Source: Vicugna vicugna (taxonomy: Eukaryota). From it: a DNA stretch of 64,000 nt. Shown here in pieces: positions 51,170 through 61,780 of the stretch; position 1 is the first letter of the stretch, and every line of letters starts with the position of its first letter. Below the pieces are notes generated by a model. The model was not told the DNA's origin, did no database searches, and saw only the letters and a list, made by a program, of their open reading frames with translations. The position numbers and the translations under genes are program-made. The stretch covers positions 1,937,061 through 2,001,060 of the forward strand of contig MU058423.1 of the NCBI GenBank assembly GCA_013265495.1, in the 5' to 3' direction.

Positions 51170-54046
51170 TTAAGACGCACCACGGACAATGATCATGACC
51201 AGGTAATCTTCTTCAGATTTGGCCAGTGCCTTGGCAGGGGAATCCAGGAACTGCTGGGAGAACTCACAGGGTGGGAAGGCATGAAGGACCCCGGTGTTTT
51301 CCTTGTCTTTGTTGCCCCCAACAGGGAGGCTGATGACCCCAGCAGCCTGCTTTTGCTTTAAATAGGACACAAGGTTCCTAAGTGGCCTCTGAGTAGAGGT
51401 GGCAGTGTCTGATGTGGCTGAGGAAGAGGAAGACCTATCAGAACTTCCAGGCACAGCCAGAAGAATGGCATAACCATTGGGCCCTGCCACTTTGATGCGT
51501 CGAGTGACTTCATCCAACTTGGGCTGGTCCAAACGAAGACGCTGAGTGATCTTGAGCTGGGCCACTTTGCCTCCAGTTGAGCCCTCCACAAGAAGACTAC
51601 TAGCCACTTGAAGGTCACCCTGCAACAGATGCATGTTGGAAGGAAAGTTGCTATTCTTCAACAGAAGCATGCCCTGCCAGGCCAAACAGAGTTTGGGAGA
51701 GGCTGCTGCTGTAGGGGCTGTCCCACCATCCTGTTTCTGGGAAGGGGACTTCAGCTTCGATGAAGCAGTGCTGGTGCTGGGTGCGCTCCCATCAGACCGG
51801 TCTTCTTTTTTCAGAGGGCTTTTCCCCTCAGTGGAAGCAGCTGTCCGGTGCTTCCTATCCCGTTCAGCTGATGCAGAGTTTTTACGGTCTCGCTTGTCAC
51901 CCTGGCTCTTCTCCAAACTACCTCGTCTGTCTCTGATTGGAGAGGGCCTTTCCAAGAGAAGAAGACGGGAAGAGCGATCATTGTCGCTGTTGTAGCGATC
52001 CCGGCTACTGCTCAATTCTGGACTGCGGTCAGGAGAAGGCGCGCAGTGACGTTTTCGTGGACGGTCACTCTCAGGGGATCTATCCAAATGCCGTCCCCCA
52101 CTCTCCTCAGGCAGCCTTCGCTTCCTGGGTTGGTCTCTGCTGCTGGGCAGATCTCGCTCACCTCTGTCCCGGTCCAAGGACCAGCCATCCCGCCTGCGAT
52201 CCAGGCTATCCAGTGGCTCATAAGCAGGCACAGCAGTGGCTGCAGTCCGAGTGCCGCGTTCACGGACTGGGGGCGGGGGTGGCACCCAATCAGAGTCGGG
52301 ATAAAGATCTCTATCACGATCTCTGTATAGTAAGGGTGGCGTCCTATCCCGAGCACCCCTCAAAGGATCAGGTGCCCGATGTCCAAAAGCATCTGTCACC
52401 AGTTCATAATGAGTTAAGGGCAGAGGCTGCAAATATTGCTGCTGGTAACGATGTTCTGTGTCTGCAAAGTCTACTCTAAGGCGACGATCCGGGCCACCAA
52501 GTGGGAAGCCCCGCATATGGGTCCAGGCAGCATGAGCTGCATCCAGGCTTTCGTACTGGATATATGCCCAGCTATCACCTTTGTGGTAGTCGATGGTGCG
52601 GATGGTGCCAAATCGGTCAAACTCCCTTGCCAGGGCAGCAAGGGGCACCCAAGGACCCAGGCCACCTACCCAGAGGCGGGTGGTAGGTGTAGCTTTGCCA
52701 TAACCAATTTTGATAGGATTCCGAATTATAATTTTGCCAGACATTGCTAGTTTGGCCCGGTGAGACATGTCTAGGTTCTCAAATTTGAGAAAGCCATAGG
52801 TACTGGTCTGGCCCCGGGAAGGCCTCTTGATGTCTACTTCTGTGATGACTCCAAAACGGTCAAAAGCCCTTCTTAGGTCACTCTCTGTCACAGTGATGTC
52901 TAGGTTGCCCAAGAAAAGCGTCCGGTTAGCTCGCTGATCATCCTCGGGTGAGATCTCATCCACTTCTCTGAAAGGAGCAGCACCTGCTCCAGCTCCCACC
53001 CTTGGCTCAAGACTGTAGGCTGGTCGCACTCTCTCATAGAACGGGTAGTCTCGCTCTCTCTCCAGCTCTCGGGGCAATGGTGGCGGAGGTGGAGGGGGCA
53101 GGCGGCCAAGAGCCAACTGCTGCAACCGGTAGTCTCTGTATCCCAAGGCTGCGCCACCAGGGGAAAGCGATCTCTGGCCTCCACCACCTCCTCCAGGGGG
53201 GTGCCGGTGACCACCTACGGAGGACCCGACCACGCTGGTTGATGGAGGATAAGAATCTTTGTCTAAAGGGGAGCGGCTGCGGCGCCGACTCACATACACA
53301 GCTTCTATCTTCAGGGGCCGGTCATAGAGCACTAGGCGGCCTCTGGCATGCTTGGCCGCCCGCGCGTCCTCTGGCCGCCGGAAGTTCACAAAGGCTACTC
53401 GCTCATCCCCGCTGCCAGAACCTGAGAGATGACTGATTTTGACACTTACATCACCGAAGCGTTTGAACTCATGAAACAGTCCGTCCTCCACCGCTTCGTC
53501 ACTCAGCTGGGACCCCAACTCGCTTATCTTCAGGGTCTTGTATTCCCCGCCGTCCCCGCCGCCCGGAGCTGAAGAGGCGGCCCCAGAAGAACGTGACTCC
53601 CCGCCTCCACCCCGGGAGCTGCTGCGCGACTCGCCCCCGCCCGAGGAATTTTTGGTGCTTGGGGAGCTGTAACTATGCAAGCGGCTACTGGAGCTGCCCC
53701 CACCAGTGTCGTACTCCCGGCTACCACCTCGGCTGCTGGACTTGTCCAGATGAAGGCTGCGCCGCGACCCGCCGCCGCTATCGGTCTTTCCGCTGCTGCT
53801 CCCATTGCTGCCACCAGAGCCCCCTAACTTCTTGCTCCGCTCCCCGCGAGAAGTCGAGTCCTCACCACCACGGGAACGTTTGGGCTTGACTGGAGAGCGC
53901 TCTTTCCCCTTCATTATTGCGGGTCGCCGGAGGTCTTCTCCGCGGAGCTGATTAACCCGCCGCCCCGCGCTCGCTTCACACAGTGGAACCGCACGCCGCC
54001 ATCTTGGACTCCGCCGCGGCAAAGGGTCCCGCCCCGCAGCCCTCAT
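51170..54046 (-). CDS. RBM15: RNA-binding protein 15 (OTT1; SPEN family; 3 RRMs + C-terminal SPOC; m6A writer adaptor), exon 1 / unspliced short isoform ending RGAS*
   Basis: 958-aa ORF with three RRMs (VAFVNF; TLFLGNL/YGFLKF; LWVGGL/WAYIQY) and a SPOC domain (AWQGMLLLKNS...YLVMIIV). Internal donor CGTG|gtgcgt at 51181/51180. Confidence 0.99.
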   Translation of the reverse strand: MRAAGRDPLPRRSPRWRRAVPLCEASAGRRVNQLRGEDLRRPAIMKGKERSPVKPKRSRGGEDSTSRGERSKKLGGSGGSNGSSSGKTDSGGGSRRSLHLDKSSSRGGSREYDTGGGSSSSRLHSYSSPSTKNSSGGGESRSSSRGGGGESRSSGAASSAPGGGDGGEYKTLKISELGSQLSDEAVEDGLFHEFKRFGDVSVKISHLSGSGSGDERVAFVNFRRPEDARAAKHARGRLVLYDRPLKIEAVYVSRRRSRSPLDKDSYPPSTSVVGSSVGGHRHPPGGGGGGQRSLSPGGAALGYRDYRLQQLALGRLPPPPPPPLPRELERERDYPFYERVRPAYSLEPRVGAGAGAAPFREVDEISPEDDQRANRTLFLGNLDITVTESDLRRAFDRFGVITEVDIKRPSRGQTSTYGFLKFENLDMSHRAKLAMSGKIIIRNPIKIGYGKATPTTRLWVGGLGPWVPLAALAREFDRFGTIRTIDYHKGDSWAYIQYESLDAAHAAWTHMRGFPLGGPDRRLRVDFADTEHRYQQQYLQPLPLTHYELVTDAFGHRAPDPLRGARDRTPPLLYRDRDRDLYPDSDWVPPPPPVRERGTRTAATAVPAYEPLDSLDRRRDGWSLDRDRGERDLPSSRDQPRKRRLPEESGGRHLDRSPESDRPRKRHCAPSPDRSPELSSSRDRYNSDNDRSSRLLLLERPSPIRDRRGSLEKSQGDKRDRKNSASAERDRKHRTAASTEGKSPLKKEDRSDGSAPSTSTASSKLKSPSQKQDGGTAPTAAASPKLCLAWQGMLLLKNSNFPSNMHLLQGDLQVASSLLVEGSTGGKVAQLKITQRLRLDQPKLDEVTRRIKVAGPNGYAILLAVPGSSDRSSSSSATSDTATSTQRPLRNLVSYLKQKQAAGVISLPVGGNKDKENTGVLHAFPPCEFSQQFLDSPAKALAKSEEDYLVMIIVRGAS

Positions 54047-55250
54047 TGGTCAATTATCTCCTCTCTTCTGCAGTCTCATTGGGAAAACTATTTGTCTGTC
54101 TTTACATCTCCCCGCGCTCCGGGAAGGCGCCCGCCTGACCACTGTTATTGGGTTACCAACTCCCTAGTCAGAGTACCTCATTGGTTATATTCGTTGTCCA
54201 TCTTAACGGTTCCTCGCGCCAGACTGTAGCTCCGCCCCTCGCACTCTATGGTCACCTGACCCGAAGTCTGGAGGCGTTGATTGGATAAAAAGTCTGCCCT
54301 GTAACGGTACTTCTTGAGCAGTGAAAGCAGTGATCCCACCTCCTCATCCCTTTCATTGGTTTATGACCCCGTCCTTTAATCTACTATTTGGGAAGTCGGG
54401 TCATAAGTGCTAGCGTTTTTTTCTGAGAGGCCGGCTCACAGTGATCTCGCGAGAAAGAGAAGGCTCCCTCTTTCGACCCCCTTCTTCCAACTCCTCCGGC
54501 GGCTGAAAGAAATTTAAATCTGATTGGATGTTGGCGAGGAAGTTGATAGGATGAAATAACTGTCCATCACTCGCTTAAAGAGGTAGGCCCATATACTGAG
54601 GTGGCTCCCTGAAGGTGAAAGAGTAGAATACGCGCTTGCTCTGCGACCTCTCTTGGACGTCGCGAAATGGTGACCGGGAACCAGCTCCGCCTCCCCCGCG
54701 TTTTTGGCGTTCGCCCTTCCAGCGTTAGGTTGGTCTCGCGGCGTAGTTGGTTGTACGTTGGCCCTCAGAGCTCAAAACTTCTGGGTCCTTACTTTCTACC
54801 TGCTTGGAACAAGAGGCCGGCCAGGCCTGCTGGCTGTCGGGGCCTACGAATCCCTCAGGAAGCCGTCCCGGGGAGCCCAGCGGACACCTTAGCCTCTCTG
54901 GCCTCGCATGAACAGCCCGAAAAAGCCCCACCCCGCCGTGGGCGAGAAAACGCCGCCCGGAGCCTCCGGGGAAGGCGGGGCCCGGAGTTCACAGTTCACA
55001 AAGCCACGGGTCACACTAACGTCCCGGGCGGGGCGGAAGCCGGGCGCTGGCCCTTGGGGTCCCGCAGCTGAGAAGCAGCGGAGCCGAGATGCAGCCCTGG
55101 CTCGGGAGCCGGCTCTCCTCGGCACTCTCCGTTCCCGTCCGAGTACCCGTAGGCAACCCGGCGGACTGACTGACGCTGCCAGTTTCGCCGCCCGCGGGCT
55201 AGGCGGGGACTGTCGGGCCACGGCGGACAAGTCTGGGCTTCCCGTTTTAT
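52950..55250. promoter_or_regulatory. CpG island / RBM15 promoter, probably bidirectional
   Basis: Dense CpG and high GC. Seven ATTGG (CCAAT) boxes at 54045-54527, TCTCGCGAGA palindrome at 54445-54454, YY1-type GCCGCCATCTTGG at 53995-54007, and GGGACTACAA (minus) at about 55278-55288. Confidence 0.9.
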
Positions 55251-55537
55251 GTTGCAAATTCTCGTGGAGTTTGGATTTTGTAGTCCCATAATATAGCTGG
55301 GTTTTTTTTTTAATGTAATACCCCTATTCCCCCTCCCTGTTAAATAATTGAGTAAAACTTAACGCCCCACGCAGACGTGTCGCTTTTTTTCTGTGGCTTC
55401 TTGTACCTCCCGCCACCCCCGTTTAGTCTAGACTGGATCTCACTAGAACGGCCACCTTGCTGTCTCTGAATCCATTTCTTGGCTCTTTCAGTAACCGCTC
55501 TAAAACCCAACTTTCTTTCCGAAGACCTTTATTGTGT

Positions 55538-55576
55538 CAGACAATAAAGCACTTGTACAAGGTGCTTTATTGTCTG
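55538..55576. repeat. 39-bp near-perfect palindrome
   Basis: cagacaataaagcac-ttgtacaa-g-gtgctttattgtctg. Confidence 0.95.
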
Positions 55577-57684
55577 TACGAAGATGAGAACTGGTACAGC
55601 CTCTGTCCGGCCGCTCACCGTCTGGTGAATGGAGGTAGTGCTGAGTTCACCACAGGGGTTAGGTTTTCTGCTGTCTTCCCCAGCAGAGATAAATAGGATT
55701 CTTGTGTTGATCCTCTCCTCAACCACACCTCTCAAGATTTAATCTATAGTAGAGAATGTGGGATACTTTTAAACGTCCCCCAAACTGAAACCTAAACTTG
55801 AAACTTAAGATTAGGGACTGCAACCTGTTAGCCCTGCTTTAGCCATCCTTCTGCTTATTAAATAATCTCGAGGAAGGTGAAGATGTGAGACTTTTATCTC
55901 TTGATTAGATCAGAGAAGCTTGAAGGAAGCCCAATATGTAAAAACATAAAAATCTATGATGTTGTGGTGTGTTAAAACTGGCTATTAAAATAACTTCATA
56001 AGGCATAGTAGGATGTGTATAACATGCTACTATTTGTAGTCTTAAAATGATGTATATATGTATGTACATTTTTTGATATATATTCATAGAAACAATTGAG
56101 AACACTTAGGAGATTATTACTAAGATCATGCTGAGGAGGGGGAAGGTGAGAGTCTGGATGTGAGAAAGACTCAAAGTTTTCATTGTATACCTTTTTACAT
56201 TATTAATAGAAAATTTGTTTTACCGTGTGTATGCTATTGCTGTTTTTTTTTCAAAACGATTATTTTTCCATAAAAACCTTTTTATGGAAAAACTAAAAAA
56301 TATACAAAAGTAGAATACTATAAAAAATTCTATTGTACCCAACACTCAATTTCAGCAATTTTCAAATGTCAATTTTGTTTCATCTACACTCTCTTCCCCC
56401 TCTTCCCTCTCTTCCCCCTCTTCATTATTTTGTTCCAGGCTCATCTGGTACATTTTCAGCCCCAGACATGGCATCAGGCATTTCCCCAAGTAGTTCTGAT
56501 TCCTTTTAGTGGGAAATGATACTTAAAGATAAAAATCTATATGTTAGGGAATAAAAAAAAGAAAAGAAAAAAACACATTTGAAAGAAAAAACTACATAGG
56601 GGGTTTTCATCTGTTTCAAGATTACATTAACACAACACAAAACTGAAGTTAAGTCATTGTCTGATTACCTTACTCAGTATTATAGCCAATCCAAATTAGA
56701 CTCCAGGATGACTATTTTTGGCCTAAATTGACGTGCTTAGGTGGCTTACTGATCAAAAAAAAAAAACCAAAATAATGACCAAATAAGTATAGTTTCCCAA
56801 ACTTCGTGATGGGGATTGAGGGAGCACAGAAATTGAGGGAGAGAATTCAGGGAGCTGGTACCAGTAATGTGTAGCAGTGCCCGGGGCTTTGCTAGACTTA
56901 GTGGCTTGCCTTTCGAAATACCTGGGAGCTTGATGGAAGCTACTGCCCACCTGTGGCTGCTGCAGGAAGGCTTATCTAAGGGGGCTGATAGCCTGTCTGG
57001 TATCTAAAGGACTGGTAAATTTAGTGGGTAGACAGAAAAGGCCTGGATTCCATCATCGATAACAGAGCCAAAATATATCTGTGGAGTGTGTTCGTGTGTG
57101 TATGTCTACGACAGAACTGAATAATGACATGGTATGTTGATCCAAGCTATAATTCAAATAAGTGATTTATTTTGTTTTCATTTCCTTTTCATCCTTTAAA
57201 GTATGAAGCGGCTTAGTGAGGTTGTATCAGCCTACGTTCACACATGTGCTTTAGAGAGGGCGGAGAGAGGATAAAAGTGACCGATGGTTTAGAGGGCCAA
57301 GACTTTGAACACTTTTTCTAGTGTTGGTGATGGAGTTGTTGAGGTCCAGTCCAGGCTTTCATCTGGTCTCCTTGTGATCTACGGCCAGATTTGTGAGGAT
57401 AACCGACCTGGGTGAAGAGGCTCTTTCAGCGGTCATGAAAACAGAGTTAAGCTGCCAACAGATTCCTTGAGCATCATAGCAACATGTGGATCTCTCCTTT
57501 TAGTGCCTTGTCAAAAACCAAGCAAGAGTGTTGAAGAAAAGCTTCCAGCCACAGTCCATTCTGGCATCAGTGTTGGCCCCTTGGAGCTGTACAACCAACA
57601 CACAGGCCCTGGAAGACACAGCCCAGCAGGAGAGCCATCCAAGACACAGCACAACTGGCCATCCAAAAGAAGTTTCATTTTTTA

Positions 57685-58750
57685 ATTTTTAAACACCTTT
57701 ATTGTGGTATGGTTCCTGTACAGTAAACTACACATATATCAGATGTACAATTTGATGAGTTTTGATAGATGTATACACCCATGAAACCATCAACACAATC
57801 AAGATAGCTAACATTTCCATTACTCCCCAGGAGGTGCAATTCTCAAATTCCCAGTATATCCCTGCCACCATCTGTACCCCCTGGTAACCATAAGTTTGTT
57901 CTCAATGTCTGAGTCTGTTTCTGTTTTGTAGATAAGTTCATTTGTGTCTTTTTTTTTTGATTCCACATATAAGTAATATCAAGTGGCATTTTTCTTTCTC
58001 TTTCTGGCTTACTTCACTTAGAATGACAATCTAGAGATTCATCCACGTTGCTGCAAATAGCATTATTCTATTCTTTTTATAGCTGAGTAGTATTCATACA
58101 TATATATGTATACCACATCTTCTTTATCCAGTCCTCTGTCGATGGGCATTTAGGTTGTTTTCATGTCTTGGCTATTGTAAATAGTGCTGCTGTGAACATT
58201 GGTGCGCATGTGTCTCTTTGAATTATATTTTTCTCCAGATATATGCCCAGGAGTGGGATTGCTGGATCATAGGGTAAGTCTATTTTTAGTTTTTTAAGGA
58301 ACCTCCATACTGTCCTCCATAGTGGCTGCACCAATTTATATTCCCACCAACACTGTAGGAGGGTTCCTTTTTCTCCACACTCTCTCTAGCATTTATTGTT
58401 GGTAAACTTTTAATGATGGCCATTCTGACTGGTGTGAGGTAATATCTCATAGTTTTGACTTGCATTTCTCTATCAGTGATGTTCAGCATCTTTTCATGTG
58501 CTTGTTGGCCATCTGTATGTCTTCTTTGGAGAGATGTCTATTTAGTCTTCTGCCCATTTATTATTGGGTCACTTGGTTTTTTGATATTAAGGTATATGAG
58601 TTGTTTGTATATTTTGGATATTAGTTCCTTGTCAGTTGCATAATTTGCAAATATTTTCTCCCATTCTGTAGGTTGTCTTTTCATTTTGTTGATGGTATCC
58701 TTAGCTGTGCAAAAGCTTTGAAGTTTAATTAGATCCCATTTGTTTAGATT
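57685..58750 (-). mobile_element. Antisense L1: old L1M 3' end (about 57685-57830) joined to a younger cetartiodactyl-type L1 ORF2-end/3'UTR fragment (about 57835-58750)
   Basis: Minus-strand ORFs [34 protein letters not shown] and MRYYLTPVRMAIIK are the L1 ORF2 C-terminus. Confidence 0.92.
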
Positions 58751-59399
58751 TGAAAGAAAAAGCAAAATAAAAGTTATGTGCATGGAAGAAAGCTGTGCAA
58801 TTAAAAGATATCAGTATGCTTTCAATCAAATATGTTCTTTCCACCCTCTTCCTTCCTAGGTTTTATTGTTTGTGTCTCCTCCATACACACAGAGAAAATT
58901 ATGACTCTTGCAATATGAAATTTATCTTGGGAGCTGAGAGCCATTTGATTTCCGGGCAGCTGTAAAAAGGCCTGAAGCTAGGAATTAAAAATTTTTTTCC
59001 CACCCGTGGTAGTGGATTAAAATTTTCCACTTCATTTTCTTTCATAAAGTGAATGGTCTTCTGACAGTAAGGTTTGTTTGGGTTTGCTCTGCAGAAAAAG
59101 CGTGTGTTTTACCCAGACATATGTGAAATCCCTAAAATAGCAAACAATTATTTAGGACACAATGTCCATTATAAAGTCACTTATTTGTGGTTTGTGGGGG
59201 TTTTTTTAAACAGCTTTATTAAGATATAACTTACATATGATAAAGTTCACCCATTTAAAGCATACAATTCAGTGGTTTTTAGCATATTTAAAGAGCTATG
59301 TATGTGGCTCATCCTCTAACGCTGTTACGGAAAGCCTCTGCTATAATTTCTCTTACATGACTAAGCCCTGATGTAATTATATCTTTAATTTATTTAGAC

Positions 59400-59700
59400 A
59401 TTTTATAGGGCAATGGTTAAGAGCATGAACTCTGGAACTAGCCAGCCTGGATTAAATCCCAGCTCTTCTGTCGTTCTCAGAAGAGTTACTGTTAATCTCT
59501 CTGGGCTTTTATTTTCTTATCTATAAAATGGGAATAATCATAGAATCTCTTTACTGGGAGGATTAAATGGGTTAAAACATAGAGTTGGCCCTCAGTATCC
59601 ACAGGTTCTGCATCCTTGGATTCAACCAACTAGAGTGTCATCTGACTGTATAAAGAGCTTAGAAGAGTGCCTGGTACATAGTAAGCATGCATTGCTATTA
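59400..59700 (+). mobile_element. MIR interrupted by a short Tigger/MER8-like MITE fragment (about 59582-59648)
   Basis: MIR motifs either side. Insert gttggccctcagtatccacaggttctgcatcc..ggattcaaccaac is bounded by TA dinucleotides. Confidence 0.6.
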
Positions 59701-59789
59701 CTAATGTATCTTCTCTTTGAACTTGTACATAGAATTGGATTAATCATAATCCTTAGTTCATGACACACCATCATCAGCGGTCCATCCAC

Positions 59790-61780
59790 AGGCCTTTAAA
59801 CTTTTCATTTATTTATCAAGAACCTAGTGAATACCCAAGAACCTACCACTCAATCCAAGAAATAGTTACTGATAACTTACATCATCTACCTAAATGCTCC
59901 TCCCTTATCCATTGCCTACCCATATAGAAAGGTGCTATCCTGAGTCTGATATTTAGCAATCCCTTGTTTTAAGAACTTAAAAAAAATGTTTAAGGAGTCT
60001 TAAAGAATTCACATGTATGTATATATGCATGTGCGTGCACATGCACCTTAAAAGTATATTATTTTAGAATAACAAGGTCCTACTGTAGAGCACAGGGAAC
60101 CATATTCAATAACTTATAATAACCTATAATGAAAAAGAATATATATGTATAACTGAATCACTATGCTGTATAACATTGTAAATCAAGTATACTTCAATTT
60201 TAAAAGTACATTATTTTAGTTTTGCTTATTTTTTGCTTTTACTAATTTGTGTTTGTAATCTTCTGAGCCTTGCATTTTTCATTCATAATGTTACCATGAC
60301 TCTTCTATATTATCATATTTAGCTGTAGTTTATTTCTATTGCCATAAAATATTCCATTATATTGAATATACCACTACTTATGTGTCCATTCTTCTTTATT
60401 CATTTCCTGGTTTTCTGCTGTTATGTATAGTGTTGCTGTAAAGATTCTTACTCATGTGTCCTGAAGCACACATGCAAAAATTTCTCTTGGATAGGATAGG
60501 GAGGTGGCAGGTAAGGGATACCTCAGAGTGGAATTACTGGATTAAAGGCTATATTGAAAGCTCAATTTTACAAGATAATGCCAAATTTTTTTAAAGTTGT
60601 TTTTTTTTAATCAAGTTACAGTCTCACTAGCAATGTGTGAGATCTTATGGATTTGTGTCATTGGCATTTTTTAAAACTTTCTTTTTTTTTGCCAGACAAA
60701 TGGATGCCAAATAATATCTCTCTGTGCTTTTGATGTTTATTTCTCTGACTGCTCATGAGGTTACATATGTCTTTATAAGTTAACTGGCTGTATGTGTTTC
60801 TTCATCTATGAAATATTGATTCATAAGTCTTGCTTATCTATTGAGTTATAGCTTTTTTATACATATAGGAGTTTTTCATGTGCTCTTGATTCTAATCTTC
60901 TGTAGGGTATGTATATGGCAAACATATTTTTCTAGTTTGCAGCTTATATTTTCACTTAATTTGTTTTTTAATCAATGAAAATTCTTAATTTAAGTAAGAT
61001 TGAGTTTATCAGCCTTTTACAGTTTGCATTTTTTGTACCTTTTTTTTTTTTACTTTTTGTATCTTTTCCAAGAAGCCCTCTTCATTTCCCTCAGCCTACC
61101 ATGAGTATTTTCAACTGTATTAAAGTTTTGTTCTTTCTTATAAATTTTAGAATCAATTTAAGTTTCACGAACAGCTATCTATGATTGGTGTTTCATTAAA
61201 TCTATGAATTAATTTAGGCAAAAGTGACATCTTTATGAAATTAGGTCTTCCTTCCAAGGAACAGGGAGATCTTTTCATTTAGTTAGATCTTAAATAATTT
61301 CCTTTGGCAAAAATTTTATAATTTTATGAATATTCTTGCTTGTCTTTTATTATGGTTTATTATGATTCATTAATGGAATCTTAAAAAAAAGTTGTGCTTT
61401 CTAATTTTCTGTTGTCAGTGATTTGAAATGCAGCCACCTGCTAAACTGTCCAGGTCACTTTGAGTTTTCTATGTAGACAATTATATTGTCTTCAAGTAAT
61501 GAATATTTCTTCCTTTCTAATCCTATGATTTTAAGTTTTTCCAGTTTATTGTGCTAATTAGAATCTTTGACATAATGTTAAGTAGGGTGATAGTGAACCC
61601 TCCTGTATTATTCCTGTTTTTAAAGGGAATGTTTTAATGCTTCTAATGTTTCTGTATTTAGGAAGATATTTATTACATTTTTGGGTTTTTTTGGTTATGC
61701 TTATGCTAAGGAAATCTGCTTTATTTTTATTTTGCTAAAACTTTTGCATAAATGTTAAATGTGAATAGATGTTAAATTTC
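59790..61780 (-). mobile_element. Ancient, degraded L1M (antisense)
   Basis: T-rich sequence with recognisable L1 motifs (atattccattatattgaatatacca, ttttctatgtagacaattatattgtc, aaagggaatg). Confidence 0.7.
60068..60201 (+). mobile_element. Short 5'-truncated cetartiodactyl L1 3' end with 18-bp TSD
   Basis: aacaaggtcctactgtagagcacagggaac...aactgaatcactatgctgta. TSD aaaagtayattattttag at 60050-60067 and 60202-60219. Confidence 0.88.

Noticed and set aside
51358..55291. Many overlapping or antisense ORFs in RBM15 and its CpG island
   Set aside because: Expected from GC-rich, stop-poor sequence. None has a recognisable domain.
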